Of a stretch of 64,000 bases of DNA, positions 49,611 through 63,832 are shown piece after piece. The position numbers and the translations under genes were made by a program. Numbering within the stretch: the first letter of the stretch is position 1; each line of letters starts with the position of its first letter. Under the pieces are notes generated by a model. It had not been told where the DNA came from. It did not search any database and worked only from the letters and a program-made list of their open reading frames with translations. This DNA comes from Octopus sinensis (lineage: Eukaryota): assembly GCF_006345805.1 (NCBI RefSeq), contig NC_043003.1, positions 72,540,001-72,604,000 on the forward strand. Reading direction: 5' to 3'.

Positions 49611-52190
49611 CATTGCCTTTGCACAGCTTCTAATGCTGAAGATGTACTACAGTGTCAGCTGTTCACTACCAGTGAACCAAGGTAACACCTCTTATTTTAC
49701 GAGCACTTACTGGAGTATTCAAGCGGTTCCAAGCATTGCTGTTTTCTGCAAGTACTCCACCCTTATTGCAGCCCCTATTTGTTCCATGTACTTATCAAAT
49801 TTTTATTCACTGTTCCCAGGTCTCTGACAATTATTAGAACCACTACTACTTTTTTCATCAACAACAACTGCTTTACCTCCCAAGCTAACCTGTCATACCT
49901 TTTCTTTCTTCCTTATCACATACCTTGTTGTCAGCTGGGCATGCGACATCTATGATCCAGCATAGTTTACTTTCTTTCTCAATTAAGACTATGTCTGGCT
50001 TCCTATTTTCTATCTCATGGTTGCACTGAATCATAAAATCCCACAGGATTTTTATATTACCATTTTCGATGATGCCTTCGGGTTCGTGGTCGTACCAATT
50101 TTTCTCTCTGTCAAGACCATACTTGTTGCAAAGTGTCCAATGGACAAGCCTTGCTATATTGTCATGGCATCTCTTATATTCCTTCTGGGCTAGTGGCATA
50201 CATTGGCTGGTAATATGCAATACGGTTTCACTGTTTTGTCCATAGATTCTGCACTTATCACTTTCTAATGTGTTCTCTACTCTGTATTTTATGTAGTTTG
50301 TTCTTAGTGCTTGCTCTTGGGCAGCACAGATTAGAGCCTCTGTTTCCAGTTTTAATCACTTTTAGTCATCCACAGGCATCTTTTTTCTCTGTCTGTCTTA
50401 TCTTCAACATCCCTATGAAATTGTCCATGCATTCTTTTCTTTACCCATCTATTTTCAATTTCATTCATTTTCAATTGCTTGTATAGTGCTTTATCTTTGC
50501 AATCTTTCATCCTACACAAGCCTGACCTTCTTACTTCTAATAACAGCGGTTCTATGGCATTTTCTACATACCATGCTATGTTGTTTTCTTCTGCTCTAAT
50601 GCTGTGTTCGCATCAAATAAGTCTTCTTCCCTTTCTTTTCCTTGGTACATATAGTCTGTCTGTGTGTCACTTTTTGGGTGGAGTATCCCATATCTAGTTA
50701 GCAACTTCCTTGTCTTTCTGCCTAAGCTGTTTAGTTCGTCTACTGTCTATGCGATTACCCCTGCTGCATATCTAAGGAGTGAAACTGCCCATGTGTTGAT
50801 AGCTTCAATATTATTCCAACTGTTTAATTTCAACTTAAGGATCAGACTCATTCTGTGCAAGTACTCCACCTTAAATTTTTCTGTCATTTCTTTCTCCATC
50901 AATTTAATCCTCAAGTATTTATAGCTCGTCTCTTCTACCTGCTTCATAACCTCCCCTGATGGTAACAATAGCCCATCCATCCATTTGATTTTCCCTCTCT
51001 TCAAGACTAACACACCACACTTTCTCAGTCCAAACTCCATTCTGATATCAGCACTGAAAGTATACACTGTATCAATGAGGGAACTGACTTGGGCTTCGTC
51101 TTTACCATAAAGTTTGAGGTCATCCGTGAATAACAAATGGTTGACTTTTTGCTGGCGGCTTTTGAATACATACCCAGCTTTTGCTTGGCTCAGAATCAGT
51201 GTTAGTGGTATCAAGCACAGTACAAAGATCAATGGGGACAGGCAGTCCCCTTGGAAGATGCCCCTCCTGATTTCTACTGTCCCTAAACTTCTTCTGTATG
51301 CTGTCAGGTCCGTCCTCCAATACACCATACTTTTTCCAAGCAATACCAAATAGTTTCATACATTCCATTATCCAAGAGTGTGGGATCATATCGTACACCT
51401 TACAATAGTCGATCCATGACATGGCTAAGTAACTTTTCCTCCTCTTGTAGTCTCTAAGTACAGTTTTGTCTATCAGAAATTCATCCTTGGTGCCTCTGCA
51501 CTTACGCTTGCAACCTTTCTATTCATGTGGCAGGACTCCATTTTTTCCAGATGTTCATATATTGACTCTGCGAGTATTCCAGTCAATAATTTCCACATAA
51601 GTGGCAAACAGGACATCGGCCTGTAATTGTCTACTGTATTGCCCTTTTCGATGTTTTTCAAGCATAGCACTGTCCTACCCAATATCAACCACTCTGGTGT
51701 TACTTGGTCAGCATTTAACAAGATATTGAATTACGCAGCTATTCGTGCATGACATTCAACAAATCTTTTGATCCAATACCCTGGAACACTATCTGGTCCG
51801 GGCGCCTTCCAGTTGCTCATTTTTTTTACTAATTTCCTTCACTTCCCTAACTGAAATGACTAGTTCTGCTTGTTTTGGACAGACTACTGTTTGTTTCAGT
51901 TCTTGCATCCTTCTTGTGCTCCTTGTCTTTGCTCCAGATGTCACTCAAAAACCTTTGATTTTCATTGTTATCTGGTATCAGCTTTTCATCTGTACACTCT
52001 CCATTTATTTCTTTATAGAATCTCTTCTGATCTACTCTGAATAACCTATTCTGGTGGTAACCTTTCATTCTTTGGTTGTATCTTACCATCTTTGCTTTCT
52101 TTGCAACAAGGTGCTGTTTCAGTTCTTCCATTACCACTTTCAGGCCCGTTCTTTCAATCTTATACTTCCTTTTCAGTGTTCTATATTCAG
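49611..52190 (-). mobile_element. Decayed R4/Dong-clade non-LTR retrotransposon (RT plus restriction-like endonuclease)
   Basis: [16 protein letters not shown]; [13 protein letters not shown]; [11 protein letters not shown]; HITSQC..YKRCHD; RKPDIVLI..IIDVACP; LQKTAMLGTA; 3' end abuts (TTA)n. Confidence 0.9.
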
Positions 52191-52729
52191 ATACACAGAC
52201 ACCCCTCCACACACACACACACATGCTCATACACACACACATTCTCTCTCACAAGACGATGATAAAAAGAAATCCAGACAATTTTTTGAAAATTGACATT
52301 TTGCCCCCCCTTGGACTGACCAGCTGGGTTTACCATTTTTAAAAGCCAAGAATTATTTACTATTGAAAGACTGACCTGTTGCAAAGATATCAACAAATTT
52401 TTTCTTCTTTCACTCCTTCTTCTTCCTTTCCTTCTCTTTTTCTTTAACACATCTTTCAGATACAAATACACACATACACATGTGCACTCTCTCTCACTTT
52501 CTCCCCATTCCTCACCAGCTTGTACTATCTTATATCTCTCTCCACCCCTACACACTCAATAATACTATAATAAGAGACAAAATTCCTGCAAAAGTTCAAT
52601 TTGACAACTCCACTAGAATGGACGAAAGCGCTAATATATGTTATATGATTTATAAAACATGTAACATACTAATAAATATCTGTAAATATAAAAACCATCC
52701 AGATTTCTGAGTACCTCATTTCTTCTAAT

Positions 52730-54397
52730 ATATACATATATATATATACATTTATATACATATATATATGTATATACATATATATATAGTATATGTTTAT
52801 ATATATAAGTATATATATATTATTATATATATACATATATATACATTTATAATATACTATAGACATTTATACATTATATAATTTATAATATAACATATAC
52901 ATTATATAGACCATTTATACATATACATATATATACAGTATACATATACATATATATACATGTATACATCTATACATTTTACATATACATATATAATTTA
53001 TACATATATATACATTTATACATAACATTTATACATATATATACATTTATAAATATACATATATACATTTATAAATATACATATATACATTTATAAATAT
53101 ACATATAACATTTATAAAATACATATATACATTTATATATATAGATATATATATATATATATATATATACATTTATATTATATTATACATTTATATATAT
53201 ATACATTTATATATATAGTATAATTTATATATATATGTATAATATATATATATTAGATTATACATATATATATACATATACAATACATATATAGATACAT
53301 ATACATATACATATACATATATATATATATACATAAATATACATATATATATATACATATATATATACTATACATATACATATATATATATACATATACA
53401 TATACATATATATATAGACATATACATATATATAGATACAATACATATATATAACATTATATATATATATATACATATTATATATATTATGTTTTTACAT
53501 ACATAATATATACAAGACATTATACATTACATATACATTATTATATATATCATATACATATACATATACATATATATATATACATAATATATACATTTAT
53601 ACATTACCATATATAGATTATATATATACATATACATATATAGATAACTTACATAGATATATGATATATATACATATACTATATAGTAAAGATACATATA
53701 TAATATATACATATATATATATATATACATATACATCTATACATATATATACATACATATACATAGATATACATATACATATATATATATATATACATAT
53801 ACATTAATATATACATATACATTTATATATATATATACATATACATTTATATATATATATACATATACATTTATATATATATAACATATACATATATAAT
53901 ATATACATATACATTTATATATATATACATATACATTTATATATATATATACATATACATTTATTACATTACATTATATACATATACATATATATAATAC
54001 ATATAATATATATACATATACATATATATATATATACATATATATACATATACATATATAATATACATATACATATATAGACATATACATATATTATATA
54101 CATATACATATATAACATACATATATATATATATAGATACATATATACAAATCTACATATATATATATATACATAACATTTATTATATATATATATATAT
54201 ATATAAATATATTGTATATATATATAATATATAATATACATATTATGTATATATATATATATATATATATACATATATAGATAATATATATATCTATATA
54301 ATATATATGTATATATATATATATATATATTATACATATTATGTATATATATATATATATATATCATATATAGGTATATATATATCTATAATATACA

Positions 54398-54464
<67 letters not shown>

Positions 54465-54515
54465 TATATATATATATAGGTATAATATATATATATATTA
54501 TATATAATATATATA

Positions 54516-54550
<35 letters not shown>

Positions 54551-54625
54551 ATTATATTGTATATATAGATATATATAATTATATATGTATATATATATAT
54601 AGATATATATATATATGTATATATA

Positions 54626-54660
<35 letters not shown>

Positions 54661-54668
54661 ATATATTG

Positions 54669-54700
<32 letters not shown>

Positions 54701-54962
54701 TATGTATATATATATATACATATATATATGTATATATATATATATATAGATATATACATATATATGTATATATATACATATATATATATATATACACATT
54801 TATATATATATATACTATACATATTACATATATGATATCTACATATATATACAGATACAATACATATATACATATAATACACATTTATATATATATAACA
54901 TTATATACACATATATATAATATACATATATATACACATTTATATATATATACATATATATA
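52730..54962. repeat. Long degenerate (TA)n/(TATAC)n low-complexity tract
   Basis: Direct inspection. Confidence 0.9.
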
Positions 54963-54964
54963 TA

Positions 54965-55504
54965 AAACCATCGAACGTGACCGTAGCCAGTACGCCAATG
55001 ACTGGCCTCCGTGCTGAGGGCACGTAACAAACACCATCCGAGCGTGGCCAGTCCGCCAGCCTCGTCTAGCACCTGTGTCGGTGACACATAAGAAAACACC
55101 ATCCGAGCGTGGCCGTCTGCCAGCCTCGTCTGGACCTGTGTCGGTGGCACATAAAAAACACCATCCGAGCGTGGCCGTGCCAGCCCGTCTGGCACCTGTG
55201 TCGGTGGCACATAAAAAACACCATCCGAGCGTGGCCGTCTGCCAGCCTCGTCGGCACCTGTGTCGGGGCACATAAAAAACACCATCCGAGCGTGGCCGTC
55301 TGCCAGCCTCGTCTGGACCTGTGTCGGTGGCACATAAAATCACCCACTACACTCTCGGAGTGGTTGGCGTTAGGAAGGGCATCCAGCTGTAGAAACACTG
55401 CCACATCTGACTGGCCTGGGCAGCCTTCGGGCTTCCAGACCCCAGTTGAACCGTCCAACCCATGCTAGCATGGAAAGCGGACGTTAAACGATGATGATGA
55501 TGAT
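54965..55504 (+). mobile_element. Retroposon with a ~58-bp internal tandem array and an RTE-like tail ending in (GAT)n
   Basis: About 5 units of AAACACCATCCGAGCGTGGCCGTCTGCCAGCCTCGTCTGG..CCTGTGTCGGTGGCACAT, then GTGGTTGGCGTTAGGAAGGGCATCC..CCAACCCATGCTAGCATGG..(GAT)n; the tail recurs at 62341-62392. Confidence 0.65.
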
Positions 55505-55868
55505 ATATATACACATTTATATATATATACATATATATACACATTTATATATATATACATATATATACACATTTATATATATATACATATATATACACAT
55601 TTATATATATATACATATATATACACATTTATATATATATACATATATATACACATTTATATATATATACATATATATACACATATATATATATACATAT
55701 ATAACATTTATATATATATACATATATATACACATTATATATATATACTATATACACATTTATATATATACATATATATACACATTAATATATATACATA
55801 TATATACACATTTATATATATATACATATATATATACACATTTATATATATACATATATATACACATT

Positions 55869-55931
<63 letters not shown>

Positions 55932-56327
55932 ATTAGGGAATAAATTATTATTCCAACCTTACAGGTAAAATTCAGTATAATAATATAATATATCGAATTT
56001 TGTAATATATAATATATATATATATATATGACTAATTTAGAGATGAACCACCATTCCACAACTCAGTCAATGAAAAACTCGTCCAAAACCATGCTGTGAG
56101 ACATATACCGTACAAAATACTATTTTAAAATTTTAATAATATATAATATTGAACAGTAAGATTATTACAATTATATAATATATAAGAGCAAATACTTTAA
56201 AAATCACAGCAAATACCATACAAAGAAGCATTCATCATAAAAATATTAATCTAAAATGAAATAAAGTATAAATTGAACAATAAAAATTAATATAATAATA
56301 TAATGTATAAAAGTAAGTACTTGTACA

Positions 56328-56448
56328 TTAACTACGCATGTTTCATAACTGAATTAGGACTATATAAAATCATATAAGGAAACCATATCCAAGTTCATTA
56401 GAATGGGAAAATGATTTTACTCCCCAAAACAGTCACTCCTCAGGTCAA
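56328..56448 (-). ncRNA. Type I hammerhead ribozyme, intronic and sense to TBC1D9
   Basis: Minus strand: UUGAC-CUGAGGA-GUGACUG...CAGUUAU-GAAAC-AUGC-GUA-GUUAA; all core nucleotides present; 5-bp stem I, 7-bp stem II. Confidence 0.8.
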
Positions 56449-56819
56449 ATTCCTAAAAAGACCTAAAACTAAAAGTTTAACTTACATCATAATATGATAA
56501 GGATTAAAAAAAAATACAGAATAAAATATATATATAAAGAAACAAAACCTGTAATGTAATCACTAAGTTAAAGACATTAATAATATTAAAAGTTACGAAC
56601 TAAAATATTCAAATAGAGTATTATTGTGAACATGATTAATATTATTAATGTATTTAATCAATTATTCCCCCACATTAATTATTAATTTCACCCATGTGTT
56701 GCTAATGAACTTATGCAGGTGCCAATGATGTTTTCATAAATATTGTTTCTTTTCCTTTTTGTTAACTTTTCGAATATGGAAGGTATTTCTGCCGCACCCT
56801 GTATGTATATATATATATC

Positions 56820-57110
56820 CTTTTACTCTTTTACTTTTTTATTTGTTTCAGTCAATTGACTGTGGCCATGCTGGAGCAACACTTTTAATCAATCAAATTG
56901 ACCCCAGGACTTAAAGTTTGTAAGACTAGTACTTATTCTATCGATATCTTTTGCCAAACCGCTAAGTTATGAGGACATAAACACACCAGCATTGGTTGTC
57001 AGGCGACGGTGTGGGGGCAATCACAGTCACACAAACATATATATATATATATCTCTGACCATATCAGCCTTGTGAGTGAATTTGGTAGATGAAAACTGAA
57101 AGAAGCCCGT

Positions 57111-57165
<55 letters not shown>

Positions 57166-57328
57166 GCGACGGGCTTCTTCAGTTTTCACCTACCAAATCC
57201 ACTCACAAAGCTTTCGTCGGCCTGTAGCTATAGTAAAAGACACATGCTGAAGGTGCCAAGCAGTGGGACTCAACTTGGGACCATGTGCTTGGTGAGCTAG
57301 CTACTTACCACACAGCCACTCCTGTCCC

Positions 57329-57330
<2 letters not shown>
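56820..57330 (-). mobile_element. SINE family A with an internal inverted duplication
   Basis: 57067-57113 is the inverse of about 57165-57212 across a (TA)n run. Confidence 0.75.
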
Positions 57331-57368
<38 letters not shown>

Positions 57369-58150
57369 TAACAATAACCCTAACTATGGTTAATAACTGA
57401 CCATATCAGACCAAAACATTCCACCTCTATGTTCAAAACAGTCTGATCTGGTCTTTTACATTTACCCTACAATGTCGTTATAAAAATAAACAATGACATC
57501 ATCAAACCCTCAAAACTACAAGATAATGCATGATTAATACAAAACAATGTGAATAAGTAAGCATTGATGATGATGATGAAGATGACAATAATAATAATAT
57601 TTATATTGAAAAAGTTTCTAGTAAAAAAGGGAGATTAGGCTATTAAGGTAATCTAAGGATGTATAAGTAGTAGAAAGTTGGGCTACAGAAAACATTCTCA
57701 TAAGGTTGCAGAAGGAGAAGGGAGTGTACATGTGTAGGAGATAGTGAAAGACAGATGCTGTGATGAAGGGGGAAGGGGAATATCCCAACAACAGCCTCAG
57801 AAGGGAAGCCACTTCTTCATTCCTCCAACTTATATATTTTACTGCCCTCCCCTACAATTCATTGTTGTACAATAGTGTCATAAGGCACAACAGTGTTATA
57901 CAGTGCAGTATTGTACATAAGGCACAACAGTGTTATACAGTGCAGTATTGTAAAGTACGGTATGCAACAACACAACAAAGTGCGCTACTGTGCAGTGTCA
58001 CATGATGCAGCGTTGTGGAAAACACTACAATATTGCACAGTAAAGTGAATTACTATACAGTGACATGCAGTATACTACAGTGCAATAATGTGCACAATGA
58101 TGCAGTGTTGTACAGTGCAGTACAACATAGGGCAGTGTGTTCTGTCTTAC

Positions 58151-58234
58151 CATCTTTGCTGGAATCTCTTTCCTCCTCTTCCTCCTCTTCCTCTTCAAAG
58201 AAGTATGTCGCCTCAACCGCGCTCTCAGTTGAGT
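58151..58234 (-). CDS. TBC1D9: TBC1D9-family internal exon (84 nt)
   Basis: TTTCATTTCAG acceptor, (D)STESAVEATYFFEEEEEEEEERDSSKD, GTAAGA donor; resembles DSAFEATQYFFED of vertebrate TBC1D9; phase 1-1. Confidence 0.8.
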
Positions 58235-59071
58235 CTGAAATGAAACGATAATGACAGCTCGGATATAAAGTCATGGTGATGAGTGGGGTAGAGTAGTAGG
58301 GTGTCAGGAAGAGGAAGGAGAGGACATCATTAGTTGTTGTAGCTTAGCCCCAGGTCAGGCTTGATCAAACAGACAACCTTGCATAAAAGTAAAATAAACA
58401 TAAAATGTTAAATAGTGTAGGGAAAAGCAGCAGCAACAGCAATGATGGTGGTCATCTGGAATATAAAGCAAGTAACACTCAACTGGCTAGAAACAATAGT
58501 CAAATCTTACTAAATCACAGCTGAACACCATATAAAAGGAAGGTCACATCAGATAATGTAGTCCTTAATACACTACATCAGAATTAGAAATAGACTAGAC
58601 ATGGATGGAACATCTTTAATTATAGGTCATACTGGATGATGGCTGACCTGGGACTAAAAACAACATACTACATACCCACATATACAAAACTACAAAATAA
58701 AAGTTTTATATAAGCACTGGAACAATGAGAAATAATAGTCAAATTCCAATTAATCACATCACAACAGCATAAACAAGGAAGGACACAGTAGTTAATGAAG
58801 ATTTAGATATACTACAGGAATAGCAGATCAACTGGGTGGATATACAATAAGTATAGGATATACAATAATCCTTACAATAATTAAGGATATACAATAATTA
58901 GTGAAGCTAAGCAGCAATGACAACAATTAAACAGACAAGCAGTAACCCAGTAAAAACAAATCCAAAGCAAAACTTTGGTGTGAGGAAACTAGAAACAACC
59001 TGTGTTCATTATCATTGCTTAAGCAGACACATTTAAGGTACTTGTTAAGGTTTTCTATAGAAATTACAGAT

Positions 59072-59478
59072 AGGTGCAGGAGTGGCTGTGTGGTAAGTAG
59101 CTTGCTAACCAACCACATGGTTCCGGGTTCAGTCCCACTGCGTGGCATCTTGGGCAAGTGTCTTCTGCTATAGCCCTGGGCCGACCAATGCCTTGTGAGT
59201 GGATTTGGTAGACGGAAACTGAAAGAAGCCCGTCGTATATATGTATATATATATATGTGTGTTTGTGTGTCTGTGTTTGTGTCCCTAGCATTGCTTGACA
59301 ACCGATGCTGGTGTGTTTACGTCCCCGTCACTTAGCGGTTCGGCAAAAGAGACCGATAGAATAAGTACTGGGCTTACAAAGAATAAGTCCCGGGGTTGAT
59401 TTGCTCGACTAAAGGCGGTGCTCCAGCAAAGCTGCAGTCAAATGACTGAAACAAGTAAAAGAGTAAAAGAGTAAAGAG
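59072..59478 (+). mobile_element. SINE family A, full length
   Basis: Complete head, (TA/TG)n middle and tail. Confidence 0.9.
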
Positions 59479-61898
59479 TTTAGCACTGATTCGTTATATA
59501 CTAGAAAGTATATTAAATGCTTTATAAGTCAATACTGGCTTTAATTTCTATAGAAAATCTGTAGAGACCACCTCAACAAGTGATTTAATAGCACTGCTAA
59601 CACAGTAGAACGCTGTATACTTTGTTGTATACTATGGGTGCACAACAAAATACAGTATCCCTACAGGTCATTAACTTTTAGGGTAGCGTATGGTGAAGAG
59701 AGAACAGATATCTAACACACTTCACATTATGTATGATTGTGGGAAGATAGTCTTGTAGCAAACATCACACAATGTGTGATGGAGAAGCAGAGGAGTTGGA
59801 AGGACAGTAGACAGTAATCTTTCCTTCCTTTTTAACCTCTACAACAAACATCATCTTCTCTTCATTCTCTTCACTTTACACTAAACATTAGTCTTTTCCA
59901 AGACCTGCTAGAAATAGCAGCCAAAATCCCTTGTGAATATTTGATCATATAATCAGCTAGATCAGGATTGACTCGAGGCTAAGCAACTTACATTGTTTAG
60001 CAATCTTTCTGGGAAAAACATGAAAAAAAATATCTAATATCTAGATACAAAAAAAAAAAATCTAAATATCTAAATATATCCTGAAGGTGGTGGCCCCAGC
60101 TTGGCCACAGTCTAATGACTGAAACAGGTAAAAGATAAAAGATAGAATCCTTTGTGCAAAGTGGACAGGTAATATGTATAGGGTAGACAGGTACTGTACA
60201 TAGAGTGGGCCATGTAGGGTGGACTGATACTCATCATTTGATGGACAAGTACCTTGTACAGGCTAGTCGGACAAGTACCTTGTAAAGGCTGGTCGGACAA
60301 ATACCTTGTATATCATAGTCGAGTACTCTGCATATGCTGGGTGAGGGGGGTGAGCCCTGCATATGATTAAAGATTACAATACAAGAGTATAAAACTTCCT
60401 TTGTTACTATAGCTGTCAAAAGAACCAAAAGAACAATAAGGCAGCTCAACCTGCCAGAAATAGCAGCCAAATCTCCCACAAACTACATGCCACCATTTTA
60501 AATAAAGAACACACAAGATAATGCGATCCTAGGTACCCTAAAAAAAAAAAAAAAAAAAAAACGATATCATCATGGCTGAAACATTTTGATCATATTTGCT
60601 GAAAGTTTGATCAGAACTGACCTGGGGTTAATGAACAATGGACACAATGGACATATTTTAACTAATGTTGTAGTGGAAGAGAGAGAAGATGGGACTAATT
60701 GTCAACAGCACTGCATTTTGTCATACATAAGTCACACAATATTTTCTTTTCAGTGGCCTAGTGCATGAATCAGTAAATAGGAACCATGGATGGTGTTTAT
60801 GCATGTTTTATTATTTTCTCACTCAGCCACAGGTGATAGACTAGCATATTGCAAAGAAATACTTCACCATCATTTACTTAACTTTTCAGTAACTTCAGGA
60901 GTAAATACCATTTAAATGGATCCATGTTAGGAAATATTTCATATTTGGAGAAGGAGGGAGGGAGATTTTATTAAACTCTACTTCACAACCTAGAATATAT
61001 CATTATGTCAGGTTTTTCTTACCATCCCCTTAGTCTAGCCCTGCTGGTTCGAGCTGGGAAAGGAAGTCTATGGCATCTAAGCCATGCTTTATGGTTTAGT
61101 TAAGGGTGGCATGACTAGTACTATGACTGGAATGACAATGGGTGGAGGCTGAAAGAATCCTCTAGGGATCAGCAGCAGTATTCATAATATGATCATATTT
61201 CATCTATTTATCAGAGTCAGTGTAAAAAGTGTAGAGATACTAGTAGCGTGAACAGAATGTATAGTGTGTGTGTAGCCTGTAAAAACTGTGGTTTGTAGAG
61301 TTTTAGTGTAAGTACTTCTTGAGGATTCCATTGCTCATGTCTCTTGTTTAGGTGTAACCAATGGTAGTAACTGACAGTGAGCCATTTCTCCAACATATCA
61401 TCACACACTGCCATATATGGAGATATCAATCTGAACTAACTGCTGCTATATGCAGTGACATCTGCTTGAACTAACCTTTCTGAAATTATTGTCCATACGA
61501 TTGATAACTCCATCTTATCCAGGCCATCTCACAATACTTTGACTTAATATTATCAACACAGATCAATAAGATCAGAGGTTAATGACACAAGAAGCCAGTG
61601 AAACAAGAGGTCAATGGGACAAAGAAGTTCTTTCAATCATGAAATGATCCATCAAAACAAAGACTCTACAGGATGCACAACTCAGTACTAAACAATCATT
61701 TTTCTTTTACAAGGTTAACTCTAGTCCATGCCAACCTCATTAGTAATTATATTTAACATGAAACACTGAGATGTTGGCAGAGCAACTTTTGTAACAATAG
61801 TAATGTAAGTCTGAGTTTAAGCTAAACATAACAGGACAACTAGAATTATACAAGATACCAAAGAATACAAAAGGTCCTGCAACACAAAAATATGTAAC

Positions 61899-62264
61899 AT
61901 ATATGACTCACAAATCTATGACCAAAATTTATAACGGCAATCTTACGGTTCTAGTATATTTTACGTCAAATGACCACGTGTATATGATCGTCGATTTCTG
62001 GAAAAAACTTTTATTTTTTTACATATGGGGCTGTGGGGAAATGGGATCTTTGGGGTTAGGGTTAGGGTTCCTAACCTTAACCCTAACCCCAAAGATCCCA
62101 TTTCCCCCCAACTCCATATGTAAAAAAAAAAGTAAAAAAATAAAAGTTTTTTCCAGAAATCAACGATCATATATAAACAAATACATATGGTCATTTGATG
62201 TAGAATATACTAGAACCGTAAGATTGCCGTTATATATTTTGGTCATAGATTTGTGAGTCATATA
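61899..62264. mobile_element. ~365-bp palindromic MITE-like element with a TTAGGG/CCCTAA core
   Basis: Arms of about 170-190 bp (ATATGACTCACAAATCTATG.. / ..CATAGATTTGTGAGTCATAT); centre GGGGTTAGGGTTAGGGTTCCTAACCTTAACCCTAACCCC. Confidence 0.8.
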
Positions 62265-62394
62265 TAAACAAATACATGCAGTCATTTGACGTAAAATATA
62301 CTAGAACCGTAAGATTGCCTATATAACATATAAACAAGTAATCTCCAACCCATGCCAACATGGACAGCGGATGTTAAATGATGATGATGATGCA

Positions 62395-62960
62395 AGTATG
62401 TAAAAAAATGTGATACACAAAAATATGACATGCAGCAAGCAAACATATGACACACAGGTATGAACACAAACATGTGACACAAATTTTCAACACAAAAATA
62501 TGTGAGACAAATGCAAGACAAATATACAATACACAGATATCTAAAAAAACAAGTAAGTGACACACAAATATGACAAAAATAAGGTGATACATGTTTACAT
62601 ATTCTTTATCTATTTTTATTTTTTGTGCCACATGTTTGTGCAACACAGCTACATGATACAAAAAATATGACAAAGATGTAATACAGACATATGAAATAAA
62701 TGTGTATGTAACACAGAAGTAGGTGATACAAATATGTGGTATAAAATATGTAACACAAATATAACATATAATTAGGTAACACAAATATGTAATAAATGTG
62801 AGATACACTAACGCAAGTATGTGACAAATATAAGATACAGAAATATGTAACACAGATGAAACAAAAATATGATATGCAAATAAGTAATACACAAATGTGT
62901 GACACAAAAATATAACACAGTATGTAATACAATATGTGACATAAGTAACACACAAAAACA
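62395..62960. repeat. Degenerate ATATGTGACACAAA-type minisatellite
   Basis: Recurring ATATG(T)GA/TAACACA motifs. Confidence 0.7.
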
Positions 62961-63832
62961 ATTACTTTTGACAATACTTAATAGTTTTCTCTAAGTAGAA
63001 GTCAGTAAAATAGACACAAGTATTTCATGGGAACTTAATGACTTCAGAAGAGTAAAAAAAGAATTCAACCCTTGCAGAATTTGAACTTGCACTTAAGCTG
63101 CTCCATATTGAGTGTAGCTATGTGCATGTGTGTTGTATGCCCTTTTCTCTTTACCTGTATTTGTTCTTCTACTTCCCCTCATCAATACAAATTATCCAAT
63201 GACTCCAACAGTAAATCCTCTTCATTATTTAGACATTAAAACTTACACAGCCTCCTAGGGGAGCTTCTGTACGATGATTCAACCTGCTAAAAAAAGTAGC
63301 TGAATATCCTTCAAATCTCACATTACTGCCATAAAAACAAGAGGTACATATTGTTGTGAACTATATTTCTGAATGTCAGAAAAATGCTATGATTATTACA
63401 ACAGCAACATCATTGATTTACTTTATCAGGGCTCATCTGGGGATAAACAACAACTCTAAATAATATGGGGGAGGGGGAATTAAGGCACTTTCATGGATAT
63501 TTTTCTACAAGCTGATCTAAGCTGATCTACACCATCTCTACCATCTTAAATCAGACTTTAAGGGGTCAACGTGTATTGAGTCAAGTAAATTGACCCCAAG
63601 ACATTGCAGTATTTTTGAATTCAACGGATTTGAACTGAAAGCAATGATACAGGACCGAGTATTTTAAAAATATTCACTCCATAATTTTACAATGTTTTCA
63701 TCACATTGTAATTATTTTAATTAAAACAATTTATTAAATTGACATATCACAATATTCTAATTAAAATAATAATTTAAGACGTCAACAAACACCAACAATT
63801 TATAGGAAGAGATGTAGTTGCTTTGTTTCCGT

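Noticed and set aside
55020-55340. Regular ~58-bp repeats as a CRISPR array
   Set aside because: Units are contiguous with no unique spacers, there are no cas genes, and the context is eukaryotic
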